Below are positions 9,126-19,233 of a stretch of 34,655 bases of DNA, piece after piece. Both the position numbers and the translations under genes were made by a program. Numbering within the stretch: position 1 is the first letter of the stretch; every line of letters starts with the position of its first letter. Source of the stretch: a virus (lineage: Duplodnaviria > Heunggongvirae > Uroviricota > Caudoviricetes). The notes beneath the pieces were generated by a model. The model had not been told where the DNA came from and did no database searches. It saw only the letters and a program-made list of their open reading frames with translations. The DNA lies in IMG/VR virus record IMGVR_UViG_2531839666_000023. One strand, given 5' to 3'.

Positions 9126-9335
9126 ATGAACATAACCAGAAACAGCCAACTAAAGGAGCGCACCATGAACAGCACCAGGAGGATCAGCGACAGAGAGCTT
9201 ACGAAAATGATTGAGTCGGCGCAGCAGCTGCTTTCACGACAAAACCCGGTCGTGGAAGAAACATGGTGGGAGAATTTACTGGCAGCACTGACCGAACTCC
9301 GGGAACGCCGGAACAACGAAGGAGCCGCCAAATGA
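9126..9335 (+). CDS. Hypothetical small protein (69 aa or shorter from internal ATG)
   Basis: ORF in the operon; stop overlaps the next start as ATGA. Confidence 0.3.
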   Translation: MNITRNSQLKERTMNSTRRISDRELTKMIESAQQLLSRQNPVVEETWWENLLAALTELRERRNNEGAAK

Positions 9336-9658
9336 AGACCCCAGGAATGACCGGAAAGGAAATCATTTTACGCTACCTGGAAACGCACGCACGTTTCAGC
9401 GCCCCAGAACTGGTAGAAAAACTGGGCGTGAAAAGAACCGTCATTAATCAGGCCGCCGGAAAAATGGTACGGGAAGGGTTGCTGGTTGTGGACGGGTACA
9501 CGGACAAGATAACGCATTACCGGAAGCCAACGGAAAAGGAACGACAGGAACTGGCGCAACGGGCTGAACAGCAGCAGGAAAAATCAGTCATCGAAGCCTG
9601 CAAGCGCAGCGAAATCATGAAGCGAATTCTGTTTATCTACGGCGCTGCATTCCGTTAA
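9332..9658 (+). CDS. Hypothetical protein (108 aa), possible winged-helix fold
   Basis: Internal ATG of the 9263-9658 ORF; pattern LVEKLGVKRTVINQAAGKMVREGLLV resembles a small DNA-binding domain (inference). Confidence 0.4.
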   Translation: MKTPGMTGKEIILRYLETHARFSAPELVEKLGVKRTVINQAAGKMVREGLLVVDGYTDKITHYRKPTEKERQELAQRAEQQQEKSVIEACKRSEIMKRILFIYGAAFR

Positions 9659-9672
9659 AGGAGCTGGTGAGT

Positions 9673-9697
9673 CGGGGCAAAAATTCTTTTTGCCCCG
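9673..9697. terminator. Bidirectional rho-independent terminator between convergent genes
   Basis: Perfect hairpin CGGGGCAAAAA-TTC-TTTTTGCCCCG, flanked by A/T runs on both strands. Confidence 0.7.
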
Positions 9698-9723
9698 GCG
9701 AAGCAGCAGACAAGCGAAGCGCG

Positions 9724-9987
9724 TCAGGAACGCCGCGACAGTAGTTCAAGCGCATACCGGCGATCTTCCGGGCACATGGCATCAACAAGAAACTTCACCA
9801 TATTGCGACCGGAGCGGGCGCCGGGGCTGAGGGTATGGGAAAAGGTCATCGTACAGACGAAGGTATGCCCGCATTCGACATCACTGCATGCACAGTACAG
9901 ATCCGCAAGTTCAGGGGTTTTCCAGTCTGTCTTCCGGATGACAGCAGGTGCGCCACAGTCCGGACACCGGGCTTTAAAAATCCGCAT
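9724..9987 (-). CDS. ogr: Ogr/Delta-family zinc-finger late transcription activator
   Basis: 87 aa from internal ATG with GGGAGG RBS; cysteine pattern CPDC...CACSDVEC typical of the Ogr/Delta zinc finger; sits just downstream of the portal gene on the same strand. Confidence 0.6.
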   Translation of the reverse strand: MRIFKARCPDCGAPAVIRKTDWKTPELADLYCACSDVECGHTFVCTMTFSHTLSPGARSGRNMVKFLVDAMCPEDRRYALELLSRRS

Positions 9988-10024
9988 CTTACCTCCCGAT
10001 AACACGTATCCCGGGGAGGACATT

Positions 10025-11077
10025 TTACCCGACCGGCACCGCTTTTTCTTCCGCCACATGCCCGGCATCCACATCAAAACGAAGATAAAGGTGTTCCGGT
10101 ATATCGGGATCGCTGTTCACGGCGTTCATGATTTTACGCTGAAGCGGTATCACCTCATCCTTGCGGTACGTTTCACGCGTCGTTTCCGGGTTAGGGATGG
10201 TGGCCCCGTTCGTGGGGATGATCCCCGCAAGACCGGCAGGAAAGCGGTGTGCCGTAAACACATCCTGGGCGCTGATCCCCTTGATGTTTGAAAATTCATC
10301 CTTGGCGCTCACCTCACCAATCGGAATAATTTTCACCCCATCCGGCGAACCTTTGGGGATGTTGATGTACAGATTGCGGAAATTTCCCAGCCCCTTAGAC
10401 TCCGCCACCTTCTCGCGGATCTCATCCTCCATCTCCGTGGTGATCCCCGGGTCGTTCGTATACAGCAAAAACCCCATATGCGCCCCGTTGTTGTAGTAAC
10501 GGCGACGAAAAAGGCTGGCCTCGCTGTTCAGCAGCGCCGAGTGAATGCCACCGATATAATCCGGCAGCCCGTAAATTTGCTGACGCGGATCATACATCCG
10601 CAGAAAGATAATATCTTCCGGCGTATAGACCAGCGCGGGGCCTTCCTGAAGCACCACGAACTCACCGGTTTTGCGGCGCCGGAGATACAGCGACGGAAGC
10701 GGCTCAAGTGCCACGACGTCGCCGAATACGTTACGCACCTTGAGCAGGGCGAGATCGCCGAACAACAGGTAGTCAAATACCGCCTGTTCCATCTGGTCCG
10801 TTGTGAGGCCACCACCGGTATAGCCCCCCGCCACCATGTTACGGCGGGCATACAGCACCCCACCGTGCTGGGCGTTAAGGTTCGGGAGCTGCGCCAGTGC
10901 CAGGCGGTTAATCGGCAGCTGCCAGTGGTTGTGTTCGTTGTCATACCAGATGTTATGGTAGTCCGTGCCGGTGGTCAGCACCGGTTCCGGCTGACCAAAC
11001 GTGATTGTGCTGCCACGTGCGGGCGTGAATGCTTTTTTCGTCACGCGTGACGTTTTGTTTCTGCGTTTCTTGCTCAT
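10025..11077 (-). CDS. Portal protein, P2 gpQ-like
   Basis: ~350 aa directly downstream of the terminase gene on the same strand, divergent from scaffold/capsid genes as in P2; start may be 11098 or 11077. Confidence 0.8.
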   Translation of the reverse strand: MSKKRRNKTSRVTKKAFTPARGSTITFGQPEPVLTTGTDYHNIWYDNEHNHWQLPINRLALAQLPNLNAQHGGVLYARRNMVAGGYTGGGLTTDQMEQAVFDYLLFGDLALLKVRNVFGDVVALEPLPSLYLRRRKTGEFVVLQEGPALVYTPEDIIFLRMYDPRQQIYGLPDYIGGIHSALLNSEASLFRRRYYNNGAHMGFLLYTNDPGITTEMEDEIREKVAESKGLGNFRNLYINIPKGSPDGVKIIPIGEVSAKDEFSNIKGISAQDVFTAHRFPAGLAGIIPTNGATIPNPETTRETYRKDEVIPLQRKIMNAVNSDPDIPEHLYLRFDVDAGHVAEEKAVPVG

Positions 11078-12900
11078 GCGGCTTTCCCGAAGGCCCATGT
11101 GGACGGGCGTTCATAGTCATAATCTACAGGCTCATTAATCACGGCGTGCGAAATGGCAAAAAACACATCCGCATGCCCCGTAACATCCGACCGTTCCGCC
11201 ACGAACGTCAGCGCGTTACCGCTTTTTGTGGTGGTGCGGCGTATGGACATGAACGACGCGGGGATCTCCGTGCGTTCACGGCTGGCCTCATCAATGGCGT
11301 CTTTCGCCCACTCGATACGCTTATGGGCCACCACGTCTATCATTTTCATCACCAGGCGGTTTTTGCTCTCCACGCTGTAAAGAATGGCGTTAGCCTCACG
11401 TGGCGCAAAGCGACTGACGATATCAAACACCCCTTTCCCGATACCGGTGATATCTATGCCGATATAGGTAATGTTAAAACGCTGCATCAGTTCGCGGATC
11501 TGATCGGCCTGCCAGGTGAAGTTAAATCCCTGCCACTGCCAGACGGCGAGCACACGGAACCGCTCGCCCTCATGGACAGGCGGGGCCACAATCACAAACG
11601 TGGAATTATCCCCGGACCTTGACGGGTCAAAGCCCGCCCACACCTCACGATTGCCGAACGGACGTGCCGCCGTGGGATCGTAGTCACCCCACGTCTCCAT
11701 CTCCACCTCACACCTGACCAGTTCGGAGAACTTAAATACCGCATCCTTGCTGTCAACAAACTCGCAGCCGTACAGCATCGCGTAAGTGGTCGGATTGTAG
11801 CGGTTCCTGATACGTTCAATATCAACCCGAGCAGACAGGCCACCCGCCACCGCCTCTTCCAGCCGGATAATGTAGCGCCAGATCCCGTCAGGGCATTCAC
11901 AGCCCACACGCATCGCGCTTTCTTTCGGAAACTCAACAGCACGACGCGCCGGGTCATCCCCGCGCCAGTCGTCACCATTCCAGACCAGATAAGCCTGGTG
12001 GGTTTTGGCGCTGGGTGTGGAAAAATACGTCGTGCGGTATTTGTCGTGGGTCGCCATTGCCGAGGCCACTTCATGCAGTCGCGTGAATTTTGGGATCCAG
12101 AACACCTCATCGCCGTAAAGGTGGCCGTTAAATCCCTGGGCGGTACTGGCATTGGTGGACAGGAAACGCAGCATTGCACCATTGCTCAGACGGATATGTT
12201 TACCCGTGAGCGTGATCCCGAACTGCAGGGCGAAGTTAATAATATATTCACGGAAGATTTCCGCCTGTACCCGTGACGCAGAAAAGAAAATCTGGTTATC
12301 ACCGGTCACCACCGCATCTTCGAACGCCTCCCATGCAAAATACCAGGTCATGCCGATCTGGCGGCTCTTGAGGATGAAACGGCGCTCACGGTGCCGGTTC
12401 TCGCGGCAGTGCAGCTGGTAGGCATAAAGTTTTTTACGCGCCCATTCATCCAGCATTTCAGCAGTCAGTCCGGAAACGTCGTTTTTCCGGTAGCGCCGCT
12501 TTTTCCCTTCTCCCCCGCCGCAGGTCCCCGCAGCCGCGCCGTCCTCATACCCTGCCGGACGCAGGGCGGCAATTTCCGCCATCCTTTCAGCGTGTTTGTT
12601 TTTCTGGGCGATGATCTTCACGTGCTGCGCGATAAGTTCACGCAGTTCGGCAAGTTCACACTCTGTCTTGCCCTCCCGTCCGGTCAGCACATCAATACGC
12701 CGGGCGATCACGTCCTCAACGGATTCAGCGGGCAGCAGGGTAGCCCACTGCCCCACATCACACCAGTGGTAAACCGTGCGCGGCGGAATACCGAGTTCCG
12801 CCGCAATATCGCGGGGGTGCCACCGCTTCAGGTAAAGCGATCGCGCCGCCTCTTTGATTTCGTCAGAATATTTAGCCATGCGCCCATTATGGCGGCGCAT
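11074..12900 (-). CDS. Terminase large (ATPase) subunit, P2 gpP-like
   Basis: ~600 aa with N-terminal HTH-like segment (RDIAAELGIPPRTVYHWCD) and P2 Q-P/O-N-M-L synteny; start may be 12900 or 12879. Confidence 0.85.
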   Translation of the reverse strand: MRRHNGRMAKYSDEIKEAARSLYLKRWHPRDIAAELGIPPRTVYHWCDVGQWATLLPAESVEDVIARRIDVLTGREGKTECELAELRELIAQHVKIIAQKNKHAERMAEIAALRPAGYEDGAAAGTCGGGEGKKRRYRKNDVSGLTAEMLDEWARKKLYAYQLHCRENRHRERRFILKSRQIGMTWYFAWEAFEDAVVTGDNQIFFSASRVQAEIFREYIINFALQFGITLTGKHIRLSNGAMLRFLSTNASTAQGFNGHLYGDEVFWIPKFTRLHEVASAMATHDKYRTTYFSTPSAKTHQAYLVWNGDDWRGDDPARRAVEFPKESAMRVGCECPDGIWRYIIRLEEAVAGGLSARVDIERIRNRYNPTTYAMLYGCEFVDSKDAVFKFSELVRCEVEMETWGDYDPTAARPFGNREVWAGFDPSRSGDNSTFVIVAPPVHEGERFRVLAVWQWQGFNFTWQADQIRELMQRFNITYIGIDITGIGKGVFDIVSRFAPREANAILYSVESKNRLVMKMIDVVAHKRIEWAKDAIDEASRERTEIPASFMSIRRTTTKSGNALTFVAERSDVTGHADVFFAISHAVINEPVDYDYERPSTWAFGKAA

Positions 12901-13045
12901 CCGGCCCGCATTCAGGCAGAAAATTTCGGCTGTGTTCGGCTATTCCGTGTTATCCGAATGCAACCGAATTAATCCAGTAGCCCCCTGCCGTAAAAATCCC
13001 GACACTCACCGGAGTTCTTCAGATTTTCACGTAAAAGAGGCCACG

Positions 13046-14095
13046 ATGCCGCAGCCAACGTTGATGACCGACTGGACATGCATCGCCACATCAGGGCCGA
13101 CCGCTGACGGTCGCGAAATTGATCCGCAGTGGCTGATTGATGCCGCTGAAACCTATTCCCGCAACACCTACACGGCGATGCTGTGGCCCTGCCATGAGAA
13201 CGACACCAGTTACCGCCAGTACACCTTCAATCTGGGCGAAGTGGACGCGCTGAAAGTGGAAACCCGCGAGGACGGTAAAACCCGTCTTTACGCGCGACTG
13301 GTCCCTAATCAGTACCTGATTGAAGCCAACAGGCTGGGGCAAAAACTCTTCACATCAGCCGAATTAATACCGAACTTTGCCAAAAGCGGACGCGACTATC
13401 TCATGGGTGTGGCGGTGACGGATATCCCCGCCAGTCTGGGGACGGAAAAAATCCGCTTCACCCTGAACAACGAGGAATACACGGCACAGCGGGCGAACTG
13501 CCAGACGTTCACGCTGGGCAGCCTGTCACCGGACACCACCCCTGCCCCCCGTAAACCTGAGTCATTCCTGAAACGCCTGTTCAGCGCAGGACAGACCGAC
13601 AACACCGACACCAGTAAGCCTGATACAGGCGAGGACGCAAAAATGGACGAAATTAAAGCACTGCTTGAAAAGCTGATCACCCTGGTGGAAGGCGGCAGCG
13701 CCGCTGCCGCTGGCGAGGGCACAGCAGACACACCGGAAGAAGCAAAAGCCGAAGTCGCGGAAATCGCCGCCGAAATCGCCGATGCCGCCGCAGAGGTGGC
13801 AGAGCTGGCAGAAGAGGTGGAAGCCGCCCCGGAAGATGAGGTTAAGGCTGAAGCCTTCAGCGCCGCGAAAGCGAAGCTGGAAGACGCGATTAAAGCGTTC
13901 AGTGCCATCACACCGGAAAAAGGCGAACGTTACCGCCGCTTTGCCGCCCGTCGCCGGGACGACACCGACAAAGAAGAAATCAAAGCCATTGCCGAAAAAC
14001 TTAACGACCTGACCACGAAGCTGTCAGCCACCGGCATCACGCCACGCCCGGCTGGCACACCGGCAGAAAGCGAAAAACCGTTTGACTTTGTTTAA
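13046..14095 (+). CDS. Capsid scaffolding protein, P2 gpO-like
   Basis: Internal ATG with AAGAGG RBS; Ala/Glu-rich acidic C-terminal half typical of scaffold proteins; precedes the major capsid gene. Confidence 0.75.
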   Translation: MPQPTLMTDWTCIATSGPTADGREIDPQWLIDAAETYSRNTYTAMLWPCHENDTSYRQYTFNLGEVDALKVETREDGKTRLYARLVPNQYLIEANRLGQKLFTSAELIPNFAKSGRDYLMGVAVTDIPASLGTEKIRFTLNNEEYTAQRANCQTFTLGSLSPDTTPAPRKPESFLKRLFSAGQTDNTDTSKPDTGEDAKMDEIKALLEKLITLVEGGSAAAAGEGTADTPEEAKAEVAEIAAEIADAAAEVAELAEEVEAAPEDEVKAEAFSAAKAKLEDAIKAFSAITPEKGERYRRFAARRRDDTDKEEIKAIAEKLNDLTTKLSATGITPRPAGTPAESEKPFDFV

Positions 14096-14106
14096 GGATA
14101 CGCAAC

Positions 14107-15135
14107 ATGCAACTGAACCAGAAAACCGAATCACTGCTTCGTAAGTACGCTGCCGGGCTGGGTGCGGCAAACGGGGTTGACGACGTCACACGCTATTTTG
14201 CGCTGTCTGACCCGAAGGAGACCGCGCTGCGTGACGCCATCATGCACTCCGACGAGTTTTTATCAAAACTGCCGAACGTGCTGGATGTTGAACAGGTGAC
14301 AGGCCAGGTGGTTACCACCGGCGTTCCGGGCCTCCATACCGGACGTAAAAAAAATGCCCGCTTCACCCTTCCGCTGGGTGTTACCGGGAATGAATACAAG
14401 CTGGCTGAAACCGATTCCGGTGCCCACCTCCTGTACACCACACTGGTCACCTGGGCAAACGCAGGCGGTGAAAACGAGTTCTTTAACCGCATTCAGAATT
14501 TTGTTAACAGACAGATCGCGCTGGATATCCTGCGCATTGCCTTTAACGGTACCAGCGTGGCCGAAGATACCGACCCGGTAACCAACAAAAACGGCGAGGA
14601 CGTCAACACCGGCTGGCATGCCATCGTCAAAGGCCGCAGCGCAAAACAGATCGTGGAGGCTGGCCCGACGCTGGGCAAGGGTGGCGACTTTATCGGGCTG
14701 GATGCAGCCGTGGCAGACCTCGTGCACACCCTCATTGATGAGTCGTATCGCGGTCATCCGGATCTGGTGGTACTGGTTGCGCCCGATCTTGTGGCACAGG
14801 ACAAGGTGACGCTGCTTAACGCCATCGACGCCCCCACGGAAAAAGTGGCCGCGCAGCTTATCGGTCGCCAGATCGCCGGGCTGACAGCATACACCCCGCC
14901 GTTCATGCCGGAAGGACGCCTGATTGTCACCACGCTGGCAAACCTTCACATCTACACGCAGCGCGGCACCCGTCAGCGCCGTGCGGAGTGGAACGACGAT
15001 CGCAAGCGTTTTGAAAACAACTATCTGCGCATGGAAGGTTACGCCGTGGAGCACGACGAAATTTACGCGGCCTACGACAAGCTGACCATCAAGGGCGCAG
15101 AAGCGGCAGAAGAGCCCGCACCTGGCGGCGCATAA
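14107..15135 (+). CDS. Major capsid protein, P2 gpN-like
   Basis: 342 aa, position and size as P2 gpN between scaffold and small terminase genes. Confidence 0.85.
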   Translation: MQLNQKTESLLRKYAAGLGAANGVDDVTRYFALSDPKETALRDAIMHSDEFLSKLPNVLDVEQVTGQVVTTGVPGLHTGRKKNARFTLPLGVTGNEYKLAETDSGAHLLYTTLVTWANAGGENEFFNRIQNFVNRQIALDILRIAFNGTSVAEDTDPVTNKNGEDVNTGWHAIVKGRSAKQIVEAGPTLGKGGDFIGLDAAVADLVHTLIDESYRGHPDLVVLVAPDLVAQDKVTLLNAIDAPTEKVAAQLIGRQIAGLTAYTPPFMPEGRLIVTTLANLHIYTQRGTRQRRAEWNDDRKRFENNYLRMEGYAVEHDEIYAAYDKLTIKGAEAAEEPAPGGA

Positions 15136-15152
15136 GCACAGAGGGCGGCGCA

Positions 15153-15851
15153 ATGACACCCTGCCAGCGACACCGGGCGAAAATCCGCACACAGGAGGCA
15201 CTCGAACGCCGGGAAGCGCTGACGGCCTCCCCGGTCAGCTTCCACCTGTTACGCGCGGAGCTTGATCGCGATGTGGCACGGCTGCGCAGTCTTCCTGTCC
15301 GCGAAGAGCGGCTGGCGTTCAAGCGCGACATTCTCCTGCCGCGCTGGCTGCCCGTCGCGGAGCGCTATATCGCTGACGGAAAGCGCCACGCCTGCCCGGT
15401 ACTGGTGTACTGCATCATCTGGCTGTTCGACACGGGCGACCTGAGTCGCGCCCTTGACTGGGCAGACATTGCCATCAGTGAAGGCCAGGCCACGCCGGAC
15501 AACTTCCGCAGCACCCTGCCCGCCTTCGTGGCCGACACGGTGTTGCAGTGGGCCACCGACAACAGCGAGGCCGGACACAGCATAGAGCCGTATTTTTCGC
15601 GCACCTTCAGGAACGTCACCACCACGTGGCGGCTGCATGAGGAAATCCGCGCGAAGTGGTTCAGATTTGCCGGGCTGTATCTTCTGCGCGACGAGGCAGG
15701 CAAACCGAGAGCCACCGCGATTAATGATACTGCCGTACTGGAAAAGGCAGACGCATACCTGGCACAGGCGGCAGCACTGAGCCGTACCGCTGGCGTAAAA
15801 AGTATCAGGGCGCGCATCAGGGCACGCATCAGCGCCCTTAATGCAGCGTAA
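15153..15851 (+). CDS. Terminase small (endonuclease) subunit, P2 gpM-like
   Basis: 232 aa following the capsid gene; P2 head-operon synteny. Confidence 0.7.
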   Translation: MTPCQRHRAKIRTQEALERREALTASPVSFHLLRAELDRDVARLRSLPVREERLAFKRDILLPRWLPVAERYIADGKRHACPVLVYCIIWLFDTGDLSRALDWADIAISEGQATPDNFRSTLPAFVADTVLQWATDNSEAGHSIEPYFSRTFRNVTTTWRLHEEIRAKWFRFAGLYLLRDEAGKPRATAINDTAVLEKADAYLAQAAALSRTAGVKSIRARIRARISALNAA

Positions 15852-15958
15852 ACGACTACCCGCAGGGCCGGGCGGGCGCGGGAGGAGGCATCAGTGACGG
15901 AAACTGTATGGCCGTGGAATCCCGGACAGCCCGCCTTTTTATTCATATGAGGCACGTC

Positions 15959-16432
15959 ATGAGCGAACCGAGCTTCAGCGTCAGCGGTAAACCGCTGAAA
16001 TCCACACCGCAGACGGTGACAAACGGCGAGCCGTTCTGGCCGGACCTTGATCTGGCTGAGCTTCAGGGGTCACGCACGCTTCCGGCTGATTTACCCGACG
16101 ACACGGCGGCCATGGCGCTGCTTGCCGCAGTGGCCGAGGTAAACACCACGCTGGCGCCGGTTGTGGCGCACTGGAAGGCGCAGGGGCATGAACGCGCCGC
16201 AGACGTACCGGGGGCCAGGCTGGGCGATGAAACCCAGCTGGTCGCACAGTACAAAAAGGCCGTTTATGCCCGTGCCAAGGCCGATCTTATGGGCGAGTTC
16301 GCCACCATTGGTCGCCGTGAAACCTATCCGGGGCAGGAAAGCGAGGACACACGCGCCACCTTACTGGCTGAAGCCTCGCTGGTCATGCGTAACATGCTGG
16401 GGCACAGACGCGCGGGAGTGCACATTATATGA
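15959..16432 (+). CDS. Head completion/stabilisation protein, P2 gpL-like
   Basis: Internal ATG with GAGG RBS in the 15908-16432 ORF; position after the small terminase gene. Confidence 0.6.
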   Translation: MSEPSFSVSGKPLKSTPQTVTNGEPFWPDLDLAELQGSRTLPADLPDDTAAMALLAAVAEVNTTLAPVVAHWKAQGHERAADVPGARLGDETQLVAQYKKAVYARAKADLMGEFATIGRRETYPGQESEDTRATLLAEASLVMRNMLGHRRAGVHII

Positions 16433-16902
16433 ACCAGCTGGAAAGCCTGACCGCCTTCATTACCGAAAATCTGCCGCCTGACGCCATGCAGTTCTTCATG
16501 AGCAGTCAGGAAGACGCGCAGCTTATCCGCAGTCAGAAGGCGCTGGGTAACGACCAGATCCGCATGGGCGTGATGACGTACACCGGCGTGATTGCATGGG
16601 ATAACTTCCCGTTCCGCAAATACTCACCGGGGCTGGTTTACGCGCTGGTCATGGCCTGGCTGGAAGAGCACGCGGACCCGCTGAGGGAGGAATTCCGCCC
16701 GGAGGATGTGAACGTCGACCCGCAGTTTAACGACGAGGACTCGTGCCTTCTCGATATCACGGTGGGACTGGCTGACCCGCTGATCATCCGGGTGCAGGAA
16801 GAGGGTCCCGTTCCGTACAGGGGGAAACGCTGGACACTGGTTAACCCTGAAATCTGGACGGCGGAAACCATGGATCTGTTTGTCAGCAGGAGCCGCGAAT
16901 GA
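16429..16902 (+). CDS. Putative head-tail joining or tail completion protein
   Basis: 157 aa, translationally coupled after the head genes; function assigned by position only. Confidence 0.35.
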   Translation: MNQLESLTAFITENLPPDAMQFFMSSQEDAQLIRSQKALGNDQIRMGVMTYTGVIAWDNFPFRKYSPGLVYALVMAWLEEHADPLREEFRPEDVNVDPQFNDEDSCLLDITVGLADPLIIRVQEEGPVPYRGKRWTLVNPEIWTAETMDLFVSRSRE

Positions 16903-17609
16903 TAAGCGGCCAGCTGAACCCGCAGCAACTGGCAGAAGCGCAGGCGATGCTTCAGTCGCTGGATCTGCCCCCGAAAAAACGCCGTCGCCTGTTATGGCGT
17001 ATTGCCCGGCACGGCATTATCGCCGCTGCCAGACGCCATCAGCGCGATCAGGCCGCACCGGACGGTACAGCATGGGCACCCCGGAAACGCGGTAAGGGGA
17101 AAATGTTCAGAAAGCTGCCGCGTCTTCTGGCGGTCCGTGAGATGCCCGGACAGGATGCCGTAAAGGTTTATTTCCGTAACGGCAATCACACCAGTGGCAG
17201 GAGCCGCATCAGTGCCGGTGCCGTGGGCTGGGTTCACCACAACGGCGCAGAAATCCGGGTCAGTGCTGACAGCTTCAGCGGTCAGGACCAGAACGGGCAG
17301 ACCGCCACCCGCCGACAGGCAAAACGACTGCGGGAGCTGGGCTTTAAGGTACGCCAGAAGGGGCGCTGGCGGAAAGCATCCATGAAATACCTGTTAACGC
17401 TTTCGCGGGCGCAGGCCGGGTTGCTGATCACCATTATGGAAGATCAGATTATCGCCGGACCACGCCAGCAGAAGGCCCGGACATGGACCATTACCCTTCC
17501 GTCGCGCGTCTTTCTGGGGGTAACAAACGAAGAATTTTCACACATCCTGGCACGCCAGATGAACGCAATGGGCTACGGCCTGGACGTTGACGCACAGGAT
17601 ATCAGATAA
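16899..17609 (+). CDS. Putative virion morphogenesis/tail completion protein
   Basis: 236 aa between head genes and tail sheath gene; function assigned by position. Confidence 0.4.
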   Translation: MISGQLNPQQLAEAQAMLQSLDLPPKKRRRLLWRIARHGIIAAARRHQRDQAAPDGTAWAPRKRGKGKMFRKLPRLLAVREMPGQDAVKVYFRNGNHTSGRSRISAGAVGWVHHNGAEIRVSADSFSGQDQNGQTATRRQAKRLRELGFKVRQKGRWRKASMKYLLTLSRAQAGLLITIMEDQIIAGPRQQKARTWTITLPSRVFLGVTNEEFSHILARQMNAMGYGLDVDAQDIR

Positions 17610-17620
17610 GGAGTCACACC

Positions 17621-18766
17621 GTGAGCTGGCCGAATGTAACCGTAAGCCATCAGAACCGTTTCAACGGTGCCACCCGTGAAGTGGAGCGCACGCTGCTTTT
17701 TGTGGGCTATGGCAAAAAGAACACAGGTAACACCCTTTCCGTCTCCCCTGAGACCGACCTGGACGACGTGCTGGGACCGGATGAAAGCCTGCTTAAATCC
17801 ACGCTTACCGCCGCAATCGCCAACGGTGGCCAGAACTGGTTTGCCTATGTTCACGTTCTGTCTGAACCCAAACCCCCGGCACCGGAGGGCGGCGACGCTA
17901 ACGCCGCATGGGTGGACGCGGTGAAAAAAGCGCAGACCATTGCTTCTGCCGAAGGCGTGGTGATTGCCATTGACATCACGGCTAAAGATGCCGTTAACCG
18001 CGCCACCGAAACCCGCGCCCTGCTTCAGTCCGCTTATGGCCGTTTTGTCTGGTTCATACTGTGCGTGGCCGGACCGGGCAAGGATGAGGCATGGGCGGCA
18101 TACGTCACCCGCATCAGCGCCATACAGGACGGCGTGGCAGCACCTGGCGTGATGGTGGTTCCCCGCTTATGGGGAAATGAGCCCGGCGTACTGGCGGGCC
18201 GTCTCTGTAATCCTTCTGTCACCGTTGCGGACAGCCCGGCACGCGTGGCAACCGGTGCCCTGGTGGCGATGGGTAACGATGAGCTCCCGCAGGACGGCAA
18301 GAAACAGCCCCTTGAGCTGGCCACGCTACGCTCGCTGGAAGGCAAACGCTTCAGCGTGCCCATGTGGTATCACGATTTCGACGGGCTCTACTGGTCAGAC
18401 GGACGCACCCTTGATGTGGAGGGGGGCGATTACCAGGTCATCGAAAACGTGCGCGTGGTGGATAAGGTCTCCCGCCGTGTACGTCTGCGTGCCATTGCCC
18501 GCCTTGCGGATCGCGCGCTCAACAGCACACCGGGCAGCATTGCCGCCAGCCAGACATATTTCAGCCGCACGCTGCGTGAAATGGCGCTCGCCACGGAGAT
18601 TAACGGCGTACCGTTCCCCGGCGAGGTTAAACCGCCACAGGACGGGGATATCACCATCGTCTGGACCAGCAGTACACACGTGCAGATTTACATTGTGGTA
18701 CGCCCCTACGAGAGCGCAAAAGCCATTGGCGTAAGTATTGAACTCGACACAGCACTGGAGATCTGA
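17621..18766 (+). CDS. Tail sheath protein (contractile tail)
   Basis: 381 aa with GTG start after an AGGAG RBS; immediately followed by a ~150 aa tube-sized gene, the classic sheath-tube pair. Confidence 0.5.
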   Translation: MSWPNVTVSHQNRFNGATREVERTLLFVGYGKKNTGNTLSVSPETDLDDVLGPDESLLKSTLTAAIANGGQNWFAYVHVLSEPKPPAPEGGDANAAWVDAVKKAQTIASAEGVVIAIDITAKDAVNRATETRALLQSAYGRFVWFILCVAGPGKDEAWAAYVTRISAIQDGVAAPGVMVVPRLWGNEPGVLAGRLCNPSVTVADSPARVATGALVAMGNDELPQDGKKQPLELATLRSLEGKRFSVPMWYHDFDGLYWSDGRTLDVEGGDYQVIENVRVVDKVSRRVRLRAIARLADRALNSTPGSIAASQTYFSRTLREMALATEINGVPFPGEVKPPQDGDITIVWTSSTHVQIYIVVRPYESAKAIGVSIELDTALEI

Positions 18767-18767
18767 C

Positions 18768-19229
18768 ATGGCCGGAAATGAACGTATCAGCGGCGGCGCG
18801 TTTGATATCAACTACGACGGGATCATGATCCACGTGGAAAGCGCCACCGTTACCATCACCGACAACAGCGCCGTGGCACAGACGCGCGGCGTGCCGAACG
18901 GCTACACCCGTGGTTCTGTTTCTGCCGATGTGGAGGTGGAAGTCGACGCGCAGAACTTTAAAAAGTTTGGTGCCGTGGCCCGCTCTGCGGGGTCATGGCG
19001 TGCCATTCCTGAAAAGGATTTTCTCTTTTATGCCAACAACGGCAGCGAGGAGGAAAAAATCGAGGTGTTCGGCTGCGTCCCCATGTTGTCGGACGTGGTG
19101 AACATCAGCGCAGGTGAAGCCGGAAAGACCACGAAAAAAATCAAGTTCATGGTCACAAGCCCGGACTTTATCAGCATTGACGGCGTGCCCTACCTGTCAG
19201 CCCGTGACACCCGCGATCTGAAGGGGTGA
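18768..19229 (+). CDS. Tail tube protein
   Basis: 153 aa following the sheath gene; start overlaps the sheath stop region. Confidence 0.5.
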   Translation: MAGNERISGGAFDINYDGIMIHVESATVTITDNSAVAQTRGVPNGYTRGSVSADVEVEVDAQNFKKFGAVARSAGSWRAIPEKDFLFYANNGSEEEKIEVFGCVPMLSDVVNISAGEAGKTTKKIKFMVTSPDFISIDGVPYLSARDTRDLKG

Positions 19230-19233
19230 TGCC

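Noticed and set aside
9659-9723. Possible cos site downstream of ogr/portal, by analogy with the P2 position
   Set aside because: The only clear element here is a terminator hairpin; I do not recall the cohesive-end sequence well enough to place it without a comparison.
9776-10291. 171 aa + strand ORF overlapping the ogr and portal genes
   Set aside because: Antisense to two supported minus-strand genes; no start context.
12901-13045. P2-type late promoter element (TGT-N12-ACA) in the divergent terminase/scaffold intergenic region
   Set aside because: Only an imperfect match (TGT-N12-ACC at about 12948-12965) was found by eye; not enough to annotate an Ogr-dependent promoter.
13396-15201. 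Long minus-strand ORFs (13396-13911, 14263-15201) antisense to scaffold and capsid genes
   Set aside because: Shadow ORFs antisense to conserved head genes; low-complexity translations.
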